A stretch of 59,507 bases of DNA. Origin: a virus. Its lineage: Duplodnaviria > Caudoviricetes. The position numbers and the translations under genes are program-made. The DNA is taken from IMG/VR virus record IMGVR_UViG_3300022690_002018, positions 1 through 59,507 of that record; one strand, given 5' to 3'. The notes beneath the pieces were generated by a model that worked only from the letters and a program-made list of their open reading frames with translations, ran no database searches and was not told where the DNA came from. This document shows, piece after piece, positions 17,312 to 27,129 of the stretch (the stretch's first letter is position 1; each line of letters begins with the position of its first letter).

Positions 17312-18517
17312 ATGAATCTAAGTGACGTACTAAGACCCTCTAGTGCCCACCGTTGGTTAAAATGCACAGGCTCTGTTGAGTTGACATTAAAACTCACACC
17401 AGATTACCTGGCCTCTTTAACCAACGCAGCAGCCAAAGAAGGGCAACGGTTACATGAAAGAGCAGCAGACGTGCTCACGAATAATATGACACTGGAAACT
17501 ATTTCAGATGATGACAAGATACTAATACAACCCTATATCGACTACATAAACCACTACATAGATACTTATATTTCAGAACGGATTAGGTTAACTCCTCATC
17601 GATCTCAAAAGAGCATTCACGATAATCCAATACTTAATACATTTGGTTATGTTAATACGAATGATAACGACGAGCCTACGACAATGTGTGTGCTCGAAAC
17701 ACGTGTAAAAAAAACTTATTCCGATATAGAAATAGGCGGAACACCAGACTTTGCAAGCTGTCATACCAATGATACAGGCGTAACATACGTAACGATTGCC
17801 GATTTAAAAACTGGACAAATACCTGTACCTGTTATTGATAATGCTCAATTAAAATTATACGCGCTTTTATTTCTCAATTTCTTCAACTTTGTAAACCCCA
17901 AAACAAAACCATATTATATTAACTTTATGATTGCGCAAGCCAAATGCGAAGGTATAACAGAAGACCAAATAACCTATCAATCCTTAAAAGAATGGGAACA
18001 AGATACCGTAATCCCCGTATTAGAACAGATTAAAAATAAAAACTATACCTACAATCTAGGGGATCATTGCACCTATTGTCCAGCGCGTGCAATATGTCCT
18101 GAGCAGGAAAAGCAATTCAAAGCCGTACAATCCCAAACCAAAGAGATGATCAATGCCACCAATTTAGATTACCTTTTCTGGGTCGCAGAGAAAGAAAAAG
18201 AAGTTACTGACTATATAAAAACAGTCAAAGATTTCTTGATTCATGGCTTAACCAACAACACCATTAAGAGTAGTACTTATGCACTCACGCCGAAATTTGG
18301 TTATGCTAGATGGACCATAGACAGTGACAAAGTGATGGCTTGGATGGTAGAACGGGGAATTGATCCTATCATAAAAAAATTAATATCCCCTGCACAAGCT
18401 AAAAAAGAACTTATAGGGAATCTCCCTGCAAATATGACCGAACGCCCTTGCATTGGTTACAAGATTGAAAATTCACAAAAATTAGTTAATAAAGTGTTTA
18501 GTAAGATTGAAAAATGA
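17312..18517 (+). CDS. DUF2800 PD-(D/E)XK (Cas4-like) nuclease
   Basis: LRPSSAHRWLKCTGS, AAKEG, GGTPD, IADLKTG, NAQLKLYAL, GDHCTYCPARAICP. Confidence 0.9.
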   Translation: MNLSDVLRPSSAHRWLKCTGSVELTLKLTPDYLASLTNAAAKEGQRLHERAADVLTNNMTLETISDDDKILIQPYIDYINHYIDTYISERIRLTPHRSQKSIHDNPILNTFGYVNTNDNDEPTTMCVLETRVKKTYSDIEIGGTPDFASCHTNDTGVTYVTIADLKTGQIPVPVIDNAQLKLYALLFLNFFNFVNPKTKPYYINFMIAQAKCEGITEDQITYQSLKEWEQDTVIPVLEQIKNKNYTYNLGDHCTYCPARAICPEQEKQFKAVQSQTKEMINATNLDYLFWVAEKEKEVTDYIKTVKDFLIHGLTNNTIKSSTYALTPKFGYARWTIDSDKVMAWMVERGIDPIIKKLISPAQAKKELIGNLPANMTERPCIGYKIENSQKLVNKVFSKIEK

Positions 18518-18627
18518 CAATAGATTATACCTTTTCTCCTCTTACAGTCTGCCCTAAATGTTCAAGGGTATTTAACATGAAAAAATGTATGTATTGCCCT
18601 AAGTGTGGACTAAAGGCAGTCATATAA
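18514..18627 (+). CDS. Small Zn-ribbon protein (37 aa)
   Basis: Hand translation contains CPKC...YCPKCG; ATGA overlap with upstream stop. Confidence 0.55.
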   Translation: MTIDYTFSPLTVCPKCSRVFNMKKCMYCPKCGLKAVI

Positions 18628-18795
18628 AATGAAATATAAAACACATAGAAAGTTTGGAAAATTTCGATGTAAATGCTATGGCTGTAGTGACTTTCGCATT
18701 GGCCTTCTTATATTCACTTTTATGCCTGGAGTACTTTTTTTATACCCCTTTATAATAGCCCTACTAAACGCCCTAATAAACCTTATCTAAAATGA

Positions 18796-18824
18796 TTGAC
18801 AAAATGTAAATCCTTGTTTACTCT
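18796..18824 (+). promoter_or_regulatory. Promoter with operator in the spacer
   Basis: TTGACA-17-TACTCT; GTAAATCCTTGTTTAC at 18806-18821. Confidence 0.6.
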
Positions 18825-18861
18825 CTTTAACCCCTAATTTATAAGTTAAAGAGGAAATACA

Positions 18862-19689
18862 ATGACTCAACCTGCTCATAATCAAACCGATCCAAAAAAA
18901 TACTTAACCACTCCCGAATTTAGAATTTCATACCCTTATCTTTTTGTTCCCCGTCCTCCCATGAACCCAAACGATAAAGCAGCTTTCGCTATGATGATGC
19001 TGTTTTCAAAAGAATGTCAAAGAATGCCTGAAGTTTTTCAACTGGTCATTAATGCCCTACCTTCTGGTTATACCGTTGATAATTTACCCCCTGGTTTTAA
19101 ATGGCCCATTAAAGACGGCGATACGCTCATTAACGAAAAAACAGGCGTCCCTTTTAAAGATACCAACCCTGAAATGATTGGCCATTGGGTTGTTAAAGCA
19201 AAAACAAACTGGGCCGTTCCTATTGTGGATCGAGATTTAATCCCCATTGCAATAGAAAACGCAAATCAAATATATCCTGGATGTTACTGCCGCGCTCAAA
19301 TTACTGCGTCTTATTATAACAATGTACAACGTGGAATCGGTATATATTTTAGCATGGTACAAAAGACCAATGAAGGTAAGCAATTAGGTGACCGTCCTGA
19401 CGCATTGAAAGTATTTGCTGAACCATTGGCCACACAAGATGAAGCTGTAAAACCGCAAGCAGAACAGGCCGATGTTGCGCAGCAATATGCACCTCCGGTA
19501 ACGCAACCTCCTGTTGCTACTCAACCTCCTGTTGCTACTCAACCTCCTGTTGCTACTCAACCTCCTGTTGCTACTCAACCTCCTGTTGCTACTCAACCTC
19601 CTGTTGCTACTCAACCTCCTGTTGCCCAAGGTGCTCCGGTGGGAAGTGAAAATGCAGGTGTGTTGGACGCATTGAAAAAGGCACAATAA
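18862..19689 (+). CDS. DUF2815 single-stranded DNA-binding protein with Pro-rich repeat tail
   Basis: FRISYPYLFVPR, PIKDGD, IYPGCYCRA, VQKTNEGKQLG. Confidence 0.9.
   Translation: MTQPAHNQTDPKKYLTTPEFRISYPYLFVPRPPMNPNDKAAFAMMMLFSKECQRMPEVFQLVINALPSGYTVDNLPPGFKWPIKDGDTLINEKTGVPFKDTNPEMIGHWVVKAKTNWAVPIVDRDLIPIAIENANQIYPGCYCRAQITASYYNNVQRGIGIYFSMVQKTNEGKQLGDRPDALKVFAEPLATQDEAVKPQAEQADVAQQYAPPVTQPPVATQPPVATQPPVATQPPVATQPPVATQPPVATQPPVAQGAPVGSENAGVLDALKKAQ
19504..19625 (+). repeat. 18-bp tandem repeat (6 perfect + 1 partial) encoding QPPVAT
   Basis: CAACCTCCTGTTGCTACT units. Confidence 0.97.
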
Positions 19690-19695
19690 TAAATA

Positions 19696-21747
19696 ATGAA
19701 GCTCTACGTCCTTGATATTGAAACACGTTCAGAAATTGATTTATCTAAGTGCGGCATACGTAACTATGCAACACATGATTCAACGGATGTTTTGTGTCTG
19801 TGGATATACGATGTGGCTAACAAAAAGTTTTATCCATGGCATAGAACCATTGAAAGCCATACCGAAGAAGAAAGAGTACAATACGATTCGGATGAAGAAT
19901 TAAAAAGTATTCTAAAAAATGTTAATTTTAAAGATGCACTTTTTATTGTACACAACAGATCATTTGAAGAAAATATCTGGTATGAAATTCTGTATAAAAA
20001 ATACTGTTTCCCTAAGATAGAACAGACTCAATGGTTTTGTACCATGGCACAGGCTGCATTTAATGGCCTCCCTCAAAGCTTAGAGCAGTTAAGTTTACTT
20101 CTTAAATGCACTCATACAAAAGATAAAAAAGGTCATACACAAATGCTTAAAATGTGTAAACCAAGGAAGCCCACTAAAAACAATCCAGCAAAATGGGTAG
20201 AAACCTATGAAGATGTAAAAATCTTAAGTGAGTATTGTATGCAAGACGTACGTACTGACTACGAGTGTTTCAAACGAATGCCCATGATGACACCATCAGA
20301 ATATGCAGTATGGCTGTTGGATCAAAAAATTAATCGAATGGGTGTCCCTGTGGATGTACCCTTTATTCAGGGGGCTACTCAATTAATTGAAACGCTAAAA
20401 AAAAGAACCGACGCACGTTTAAAAGAAATAACCGAAGGGTACGTATCAACCGGAAAACAACAAGCGGCGATGGTCAAGTATTTTAATCTGCATAATATTC
20501 CTATTAAAGATTCAACCCGTGAAACAATGCAAAATTTGTTAACATCAAATGTTGTCCTTGAGTCTAAATATAAAGATACCTGGTTAGAAATTATTAATAT
20601 TCGATTAGGCGCACTCTATACCAGTTTGGCAAAATACGAAAAGATGAAACAAAGCGTTACGCCCAATGGAAGAATACATTACAACTTCAATTACTATGGC
20701 GCATCAACGGGCCGCTGGGCAGGCCGTGGAGTGCAATTACAGAATCTTCCCAGAGGTGAAGTAAACATAGATGAGCATACTTATCAGGAAGAAATTAAAA
20801 ATAAATTAACACTTGATAAAAACTTCCAAAAAGAAGTGATTACCAATCTTACGAGTCCCAAAGTAACAGAAGCTTATCCCTATACTTGTAAATTGTATGC
20901 AGCGAGTATCAGACACACCATTAATACAATGAGTGAACCTGACACACTTTTTTTCGATGGTGATCTTTCTAATATTGAAGCGCGTATATTGTTGTGGATA
21001 TCAAAAGATCAACTCCACTTAGACGACTATCGACAAGGAAAAGACATCTACAAACAATTTGCCGCTTCTGTTTATAATGTATTGATTAATGAAATAACCG
21101 AAGAACAACGCCGATTGGGTAAAACGGCGATTCTTGGGTTAGGTTTTGGAATGGGTGCTGATAAATTCATGAGAACAGCTAAAAATTATGGCATCACCCT
21201 TTCTCTCCCAGAAGCAACTAAAATTAAAAACATTTATCGTCAAACGTTTACTGCTGTTGTACAAGCGTGGGCCGTGACAGGGCGTTCTGCAATCGAAGCG
21301 TTAACCACGAGGAACATAATAGTTGATTTTACAGGAATTCGATGGGAGTATAAGCAACTTAATTCAACGCCTTTTTTGTGTTGTACGTTACCATCAGAAC
21401 GTGAAATTAAATACCCCTTTCCTCAGATGGTTAATAATGATTTATATTATAGTACCGTCAGTCCTTATGCTAAAAAATCCGAAAATGTAAAAACCTACGG
21501 CGCAAAATTAGTTGAGAATATAGTACAAGGCATTGGGCGAGATATCCTGGTTGAGGCCATGTTGCGACTGGATAGCAATGGGTATAAAATAATATTGACT
21601 GCTCACGATGAAATACTATGTCAAGTCAACAAACACGGCTCAGACTTAAATAAGTTTCTGGCATTAATGAAACAAACGCCGGAGTGGTGTTCTGACTTAC
21701 CGATAGAAGTGAGTGGGTGGGAAGGGCAATTTTATAAGAAGGATTAA
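19696..21747 (+). CDS. Family A DNA polymerase (APSE-like) with 3'-5' exonuclease
   Basis: LDIETRS, GASTGRWAG..QLQNLPRG, DLSNIEARIL, KLVENIVQ, AHDEI. Confidence 0.96.
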   Translation: MKLYVLDIETRSEIDLSKCGIRNYATHDSTDVLCLWIYDVANKKFYPWHRTIESHTEEERVQYDSDEELKSILKNVNFKDALFIVHNRSFEENIWYEILYKKYCFPKIEQTQWFCTMAQAAFNGLPQSLEQLSLLLKCTHTKDKKGHTQMLKMCKPRKPTKNNPAKWVETYEDVKILSEYCMQDVRTDYECFKRMPMMTPSEYAVWLLDQKINRMGVPVDVPFIQGATQLIETLKKRTDARLKEITEGYVSTGKQQAAMVKYFNLHNIPIKDSTRETMQNLLTSNVVLESKYKDTWLEIINIRLGALYTSLAKYEKMKQSVTPNGRIHYNFNYYGASTGRWAGRGVQLQNLPRGEVNIDEHTYQEEIKNKLTLDKNFQKEVITNLTSPKVTEAYPYTCKLYAASIRHTINTMSEPDTLFFDGDLSNIEARILLWISKDQLHLDDYRQGKDIYKQFAASVYNVLINEITEEQRRLGKTAILGLGFGMGADKFMRTAKNYGITLSLPEATKIKNIYRQTFTAVVQAWAVTGRSAIEALTTRNIIVDFTGIRWEYKQLNSTPFLCCTLPSEREIKYPFPQMVNNDLYYSTVSPYAKKSENVKTYGAKLVENIVQGIGRDILVEAMLRLDSNGYKIILTAHDEILCQVNKHGSDLNKFLALMKQTPEWCSDLPIEVSGWEGQFYKKD

Positions 21748-21758
21748 TAAGGTCTCGA

Positions 21759-22151
21759 ATGTCATACCATGAAATTACTTATAAGTGTATCTCTTGTCCT
21801 GCTACTTTCCATTCGCCAACTAGTCAGATACCTTTTACTTCTTTCAGAGCATTCAATTCCAATGCGTATATATGTGATGCGTGCAACATCTATCCTTCTA
21901 CAATAATATCGTGCTATTCCTGTTTACAAGAAATTCCTTTTTATTTTCAAGCCCCTCAATGTGAAATAGATGAAGTGCTAGAAAAAATGAACTATCTATG
22001 CGAAAACTGCATCGATTATAAAAAAACAATATTCTATGGAAAAAGCTATTTTAATGGAAAAATAGTTGAAAACGATGGGATCTTTATTCAAAAAGATAAA
22101 CTATTAGCAGACTACTATGTTAGAGAGTTACCTAGAGAAACAGATTGTTGA
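21759..22151 (+). CDS. Cys-rich (4x CxxC) protein
   Basis: CISC, CDAC, CYSC and CENC motifs. Confidence 0.6.
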   Translation: MSYHEITYKCISCPATFHSPTSQIPFTSFRAFNSNAYICDACNIYPSTIISCYSCLQEIPFYFQAPQCEIDEVLEKMNYLCENCIDYKKTIFYGKSYFNGKIVENDGIFIQKDKLLADYYVRELPRETDC

Positions 22152-22398
22152 ATACGCTAAGTATCATGGTTGGTGGGTGTCCAAGATGATCGATGCGTCG
22201 TGTCGCGGTGCACCGGATAGACGCATGATTTGGCCCAAGACAGGGTTAACAGTCCATGTTGAAATCAAACAACCAGGGGGTAGACTTTCTAAAGTGCAAA
22301 AAGAATATCACAAAAAATTAAAAAAACATCATCAAATAGTATGGACGGTCGATAGTATGGCTTTATTTATTAAAAAATTAAAAGGACTGGAATTGTGA
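22117..22398 (+). CDS. VRR-NUC domain nuclease
   Basis: ESYLEK, GAPDR, VEIKQPGGRLSKVQ. Confidence 0.9.
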   Translation: MLESYLEKQIVEYAKYHGWWVSKMIDASCRGAPDRRMIWPKTGLTVHVEIKQPGGRLSKVQKEYHKKLKKHHQIVWTVDSMALFIKKLKGLEL

Positions 22399-22634
22399 GT
22401 AAATACCGTAAAAAACTTATTGAAAAAGACGAAATTAATCTGGATGGCCACCCCTTATTGGATGGAGTACGAGCTAAATTCGGCGATGAATATTGTAAAA
22501 AACAGATAAAAGCATTATTAGATGATTCTCGCGAGCATGGTAACAACTCAGGAATGTTTGTCTCCCTAATGGGGATTATTCTTATACCTGTAGGTGCTTT
22601 AATCGGTTTTGTTATTTGTCAATTACTAAAATAG
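22395..22634 (+). CDS. Hypothetical protein with C-terminal TM helix
   Basis: Coupled ORF with hydrophobic C-terminus. Confidence 0.55.
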   Translation: MSKYRKKLIEKDEINLDGHPLLDGVRAKFGDEYCKKQIKALLDDSREHGNNSGMFVSLMGIILIPVGALIGFVICQLLK

Positions 22635-22797
22635 TGAGCATTTAATATGAATAAACTAAAACAACTTTTAATGCAACCGAAAATGCTAAAAAAGATACAA
22701 ATCATCCTTAAAAATACACTGGCTGTTGCCATCGTCGTAGAGGTTATCTGTATCGGAATCGTAATCATTGAATTCATTGTAGCGTAGGGACTGCATA

Positions 22798-23016
22798 ATG
22801 GACTTTGACCAAGCACTTATATCAACAGCGTATTATTATCCCATTATTTACTGGTGGTTAGCTTTTATATTTATATTATCTCAGATAGACAGCGATCCTG
22901 AAAATGGCTGTCATGCCTTACATATCTGTACGAGAGTCTTTATCTGTATATCAATCGCTTTCTTATGTATTTGTATCGGACGCATTCTTTCCCTTCTAAT
23001 ACATATACAATGTTAA
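22798..23016 (+). CDS. Small two-TM membrane protein
   Basis: Two hydrophobic segments. Confidence 0.5.
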   Translation: MDFDQALISTAYYYPIIYWWLAFIFILSQIDSDPENGCHALHICTRVFICISIAFLCICIGRILSLLIHIQC

Positions 23017-24350
23017 AACTTCACTCCTACCAAAAAGACTTAGTGGACTACATCGAAGAAAAAGGGAACGTAGGGCTTTTCTTAGAACCTGGTTTAGGTA
23101 AAACACTTATAACTTTGGCGTATATACTGAGACAAAAGCTACAAAACATTCCGTTTAAGGTATTGATTATTGCCCCTTTGCGCGTTATCTATGCGACATG
23201 GCCCTCTGAAATAAAGCGATGGGCTCCTTTTTCCATTTTATCTTATGAAATCCTGCATCAAAAGAATTCTTTCAAAGTAGGACCAGAAAACATTTCCTTG
23301 ATCAATCCCGATGGGCTCACTAAATTTTTTAAACACAATCCACATCAATTGTTTGATCTATTGGTTGTAGATGAATCCACGCTGTTTAAATCTCCTTCTA
23401 CCAAACGATTTAAAGTATTGAAAAAGCATCTACGAAATTTTAAACAACGCATTATACTAACGGGCACACCCATACCGAACGGCTATCTTAATTTGTGGAG
23501 TCAAATATACATACTGGATGAAGGGAAAACATTGGAAAAATCTTATACTCAATATAAGAAAATCTATTTTTATTCTGACTACATGGGATATGTATGGACG
23601 TTAAGAGCAGGATATGAAAAACTAATACAAAATAAACTAACACATTGCGTCTCTCTAAAGGCGAAAAACCTAGTTGATTTACCGGATCGTATTGATCGAA
23701 TTGAACACAGTCAATTGCCAAACAAACACTTTAGCCAATACGAACAACTTCGAAAAGATTTTGTCCTTGAACTTGAAAATAAAACCCTCATTGCCCCTAA
23801 TGTATTGGTCAAGCTGATTAAATGCCAACAGTTTTCAAATGGGTGTATCTACGATGAGGATAAGAATAAAATAGAAATCCATACAGAAAAAATAGAAGCT
23901 CTTCTTCAACTGCTTGAAAATCTAGGAGGTGAAAGCGTTCTGATCTTCTATACGTTTAATTCTGATTTGTATCTACTTCAAAAATATCTAAAGGATTGTA
24001 CCCTTACGATTCTCTGTGGAAAAACCAGTCCAAAAGAGACGCAGCGCATCATTGAACATTGGAATAGCCAGAAAATAAACATTCTATGTGCTCAACCAAG
24101 TGCAATGGCCCACGGATTAAACCTACAGCAAGGAGGACATCACGTTATCTGGTTTGGGCTGACTTACAATTTAGAAACCTATCAACAGGCCAATGCTCGT
24201 ATCTATCGTCAATACCAAAAAGAAAACGTAATCGTTCACCATCTATTAATGCGAGGAACCATTGACGAAACCATTTATAGAATACTAGCCAATAAGGAGA
24301 TCACTCAGCATACCTTTATGGATACATTGAAAAAAACGTTTGTTTATTAA
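23010..24350 (+). CDS. SNF2-like (SF2) helicase
   Basis: LHSYQ, PGLGKT, VVDES, LTGTP, HGLNLQ, YQQANARIYRQ. Confidence 0.95.
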   Translation: MLKLHSYQKDLVDYIEEKGNVGLFLEPGLGKTLITLAYILRQKLQNIPFKVLIIAPLRVIYATWPSEIKRWAPFSILSYEILHQKNSFKVGPENISLINPDGLTKFFKHNPHQLFDLLVVDESTLFKSPSTKRFKVLKKHLRNFKQRIILTGTPIPNGYLNLWSQIYILDEGKTLEKSYTQYKKIYFYSDYMGYVWTLRAGYEKLIQNKLTHCVSLKAKNLVDLPDRIDRIEHSQLPNKHFSQYEQLRKDFVLELENKTLIAPNVLVKLIKCQQFSNGCIYDEDKNKIEIHTEKIEALLQLLENLGGESVLIFYTFNSDLYLLQKYLKDCTLTILCGKTSPKETQRIIEHWNSQKINILCAQPSAMAHGLNLQQGGHHVIWFGLTYNLETYQQANARIYRQYQKENVIVHHLLMRGTIDETIYRILANKEITQHTFMDTLKKTFVY

Positions 24351-24742
24351 CGATCTGGGTCTATATAGGTATGTTTTAAAGCACACCTATCAAATAACAC
24401 ATTTTGTTCTTGGGTAACATCTAAGTATGAAAAACTAAAATCACAATATGAAAAATCTGTTTCAAAAGTTATTTCAGGATCTCCAAGGCTAGCATGTCTA
24501 AAATTACAATGGTAGAATATAGCTCCGCGTAGCTGCGCATTGTCTAAACGCGCATAACTAAAATTACACCCATGAAATTGAGCTGAATTAAGAACTGATC
24601 TCTCTAAATTAGCATACGATAAATCTAAATTATTTAAAGTAAAGGAATGATCTATTATTGCCTGTTTACCGCACTTTGGGTCTATTAACCACTTTTCATG
24701 TTCTTCTATTATCTTATTAATTTCATATTGTTGAGGGCCCAT
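24347..24742 (-). CDS. Pentapeptide-repeat protein
   Basis: IIEEHEKWL followed by LDLSY-ANLER-SVLNS-AQFHG-CNFSY-ARLDN repeats. Confidence 0.88.
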   Translation of the reverse strand: MGPQQYEINKIIEEHEKWLIDPKCGKQAIIDHSFTLNNLDLSYANLERSVLNSAQFHGCNFSYARLDNAQLRGAIFYHCNFRHASLGDPEITFETDFSYCDFSFSYLDVTQEQNVLFDRCALKHTYIDPDR

Positions 24743-24745
24743 TCT

Positions 24746-24991
24746 TTAATCTTCCGGAAAAAAGGAAGCACCACTAGACCTAAGAGCCTCTTGGGTATTT
24801 TCTTCTAAACTTTTTATAGTTAAACTTAAATGGAAGTGGAGATGAACGGCTGTTTCCATATTTAAAACTTTGTTTAGTACTCTAACTAACATTCTAGGAG
24901 ATGTCTGCACACCGACAAAAACATATCCAGGGGTATTATGTTTTTTTAATAGTTCCTCTAATTCTTTTTTAAAATCATTATCGTCTAGCAT
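24746..24991 (-). CDS. Hypothetical protein, paralog of 24994-25236
   Basis: FxKELExLLxKxN....VFVGV shared. Confidence 0.7.
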   Translation of the reverse strand: MLDDNDFKKELEELLKKHNTPGYVFVGVQTSPRMLVRVLNKVLNMETAVHLHFHLSLTIKSLEENTQEALRSSGASFFPED

Positions 24992-24993
24992 CT

Positions 24994-25236
24994 CTAATCT
25001 TCCTTTATAACGTGTAAGTTAACTTTTGGACTTACGAAATTACGATATCCGATTTCCATTTGCCGTAGCATTAAGTGCAATTGAGTATAGATCAAATTAA
25101 ATTCTTGAAAATTCACAGTAACAACGCAGCTTTCAATGTTACCAGTATCACTAGCCACCCCAACGAAAACACTGCTCTTAAGGTTGTATTTTTGTAATAG
25201 TGTCTCTAATTCCTTTTCAAATTCAGTATTATTCAT
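24994..25236 (-). CDS. Hypothetical protein, paralog of 24746-24991
   Basis: Same shared N-terminal motif. Confidence 0.7.
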   Translation of the reverse strand: MNNTEFEKELETLLQKYNLKSSVFVGVASDTGNIESCVVTVNFQEFNLIYTQLHLMLRQMEIGYRNFVSPKVNLHVIKED

Positions 25237-25674
25237 CTAACCACTCCAATCTTCGGTAATTTTTCTTTCATCGCAAATATTACTTTTAGAAGTAATTAAA
25301 GCGCAATGTCCGCCGTAAAAACTCCCTGCACTATTTCTATAAATTATAGAGGCATCCCCTCTAGTGGTTTTTATAGCATAACCGAATATCTCATCTTTAT
25401 TTTCTTCGGTTTTTTTAATATCCTCTGTAGATATGCACCTGACTGCTAAGACAACGGCATCTAAAAGAAAGGCTACGCCTTCTATATCTTCAAACCAACT
25501 GTCAGAACAGCCACTTTCATCAAGTAGGTACACCAAATCGCCCCCATCTGTCCACTCTAACTCACCTCCATTAGCTTCTGATGCTCTAAAAGTGGGAGAC
25601 GTTTTAAAGCGTAAACATTGCTGATCTTCACTGAGATATATCTTTGTAATGAATTTTCCTACCAGCTCGTGCAT
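25237..25674 (-). CDS. Conserved phage hypothetical protein
   Basis: LVGKFITKI...GCSDSWFEDIEG...YAIKTTRG...RNSAGSFYGG. Confidence 0.7.
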   Translation of the reverse strand: MHELVGKFITKIYLSEDQQCLRFKTSPTFRASEANGGELEWTDGGDLVYLLDESGCSDSWFEDIEGVAFLLDAVVLAVRCISTEDIKKTEENKDEIFGYAIKTTRGDASIIYRNSAGSFYGGHCALITSKSNICDERKITEDWSG

Positions 25675-25705
25675 TACCTACTCTTTTTATATTTATAACA
25701 AGACT

Positions 25706-25745
25706 ATGTTAGTCAATCTAACTTAAGATGTAAAGAGTTTTTTAC
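25706..25745 (-). promoter_or_regulatory. Promoter plus operator
   Basis: GTAAAGAGTTTTTTAC at 25730-25745; minus-strand TTTACA-17-TAACAT. Confidence 0.6.
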
Positions 25746-26000
25746 TTAGGGAGAAGATAGGCGAGGGTATAGATCAATTCGAAGCTCAGAGGCATCAAGA
25801 CCTAATATATCGGCCAAAGGCAGAACGTAGGCGGGACTGACCCCGTATTTACTTGTCTTGCGCCAGAAATAATAGAGCTGTCGACTTATTCCCATAGTTT
25901 TAAAAAAAACTGCCTTGGTTCCGCAGTGGTCAATACCACGTTGCAATTCAGCAAGTGAACGTTCCCTAATTTCTTTCGGACTGTGGGTTTCAAGTTCCAT
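25746..26000 (-). CDS. Cro/YdaS-like HTH regulator
   Basis: MGISRQLYYFW...VSPAYVLPLADILGLDASELRIDLYP. Confidence 0.78.
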   Translation of the reverse strand: MELETHSPKEIRERSLAELQRGIDHCGTKAVFFKTMGISRQLYYFWRKTSKYGVSPAYVLPLADILGLDASELRIDLYPRLSSP

Positions 26001-26119
26001 GGTTCGTGTATATCCTTTTTTATGTGTTTCTTTAGAATGGTTTTAATTTTTAATCTCTCAGCAACATACACGTCAGAAAGCGTTGGCTTATCCTTTATTT
26101 CCATAGCGATATCTGATTC

Positions 26120-26159
26120 ATTATATTATAAAGGGTGTGATAAGTAAATAGAATTTTAC
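26120..26159 (-). promoter_or_regulatory. Promoter plus operator upstream of the Cro-like gene
   Basis: Minus-strand TTTACT-17-TATAAT; GTAAATAGAATTTTAC at 26144-26159. Confidence 0.65.
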
Positions 26160-26309
26160 ATCGTAAAAAAAAGAACGCCAAAGTTTCACCCTTGACGTTC
26201 CGATTGCATACCAGTACATGACCTTCAATATCAATAATTGGAGAATTAATGAAAAAAACAAAAGGCCATATCCAATATAAAACCATTCTATTAAGACAAG
26301 GTTAGAATG

Positions 26310-26822
26310 TCAAGTATTCTTTCCCATCAAAATAGTTTTAATCTGTGACCCATGGCTTGAACCAAAATAATAGGTAATGGACGATATCCAAGCACCTCCT
26401 AAACTCCCTATCATCACATCCACGATTTCCCGATGGGTAGATGGGAGAGAGAGGAACAGCATGGCAGCAAAACACCCAAAGAAGCCCACTGTCAGCAAAA
26501 TAGAAAGGATGGCTGGTATTTTATCTTTCACGACTATTTCACGCTGACGAGCACTGTCTCGATCTAAGGACGCTATTTTCTTCTCAGACAATCCAATTTG
26601 GGCCATCTCTTTTTTAAATTCAGTGTCCAGTTTTTTCATGCTCAACAGCATGGAAGGGGAGGCATTGAGTAAGGTATCCTCTAAGCTTTCATCCGATGCG
26701 TTTTCATCGCCTAAGAGAACCTTTTTAATGGCAGTCGCTGCCATGCCGCCCAACGGACCGCCTAGCATGGTTCCCAAGAAAGGAGCCACTGAGCCGACTA
26801 TTTTTTTAATACTTTCCCACAC
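26310..26822 (-). CDS. Holin (3TM/GTA-holin-like)
   Basis: VAPFLGTMLGGPLGG, DRDSARQRE, TM helices, YYFGSSHGS. Confidence 0.8.
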   Translation of the reverse strand: MWESIKKIVGSVAPFLGTMLGGPLGGMAATAIKKVLLGDENASDESLEDTLLNASPSMLLSMKKLDTEFKKEMAQIGLSEKKIASLDRDSARQREIVVKDKIPAILSILLTVGFFGCFAAMLFLSLPSTHREIVDVMIGSLGGAWISSITYYFGSSHGSQIKTILMGKNT

Positions 26823-26824
26823 AA

Positions 26825-27109
26825 CTATTTATCTCCTGGCTCTCTTTTATAAAGAGGAACAAAAGGTCTCATCATTGGCAACCCCATATCTCTAAGTTCC
26901 TTTTCAGTTTTAAGAAATTTATCATACTCACCTATTTCATAGGCTAAGGTAATGTTATCTTCTTTTGCGCCTGTGAAAAAATCAATCATACTTTTACGAG
27001 CAGTATGCCCATCAAATACCCTAATCTCTCTTACTGCGTTTAAATTAATCAACCCATATGAAGACGATATGTCATCAAAACTATAGTCAAACCGAAACCA
27101 ATTTTTCAT
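26825..27109 (-). CDS. Hypothetical protein
   Basis: AAGGAG RBS before MKNWFRF. Confidence 0.6.
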   Translation of the reverse strand: MKNWFRFDYSFDDISSSYGLINLNAVREIRVFDGHTARKSMIDFFTGAKEDNITLAYEIGEYDKFLKTEKELRDMGLPMMRPFVPLYKREPGDK

Positions 27110-27129
27110 TATTTCTCCTTTTGTTAAAG

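Noticed and set aside
19504-19625. Possible CRISPR array near a Cas4-like gene
   Set aside because: The units are contiguous with no spacers and lie in frame within the SSB; DUF2800 is a normal part of this replication module.
19696-21747. Intein, intron or stop-codon reassignment in core genes
   Set aside because: Polymerase, terminase and helicases are uninterrupted and of ordinary length under the standard code.
25886-26286. ORFs 25886-26104 and 26095-26286 as confident genes
   Set aside because: The first overlaps the Cro-like gene by 115 bp and the second spans promoter and operator elements; neither has a recognisable motif.
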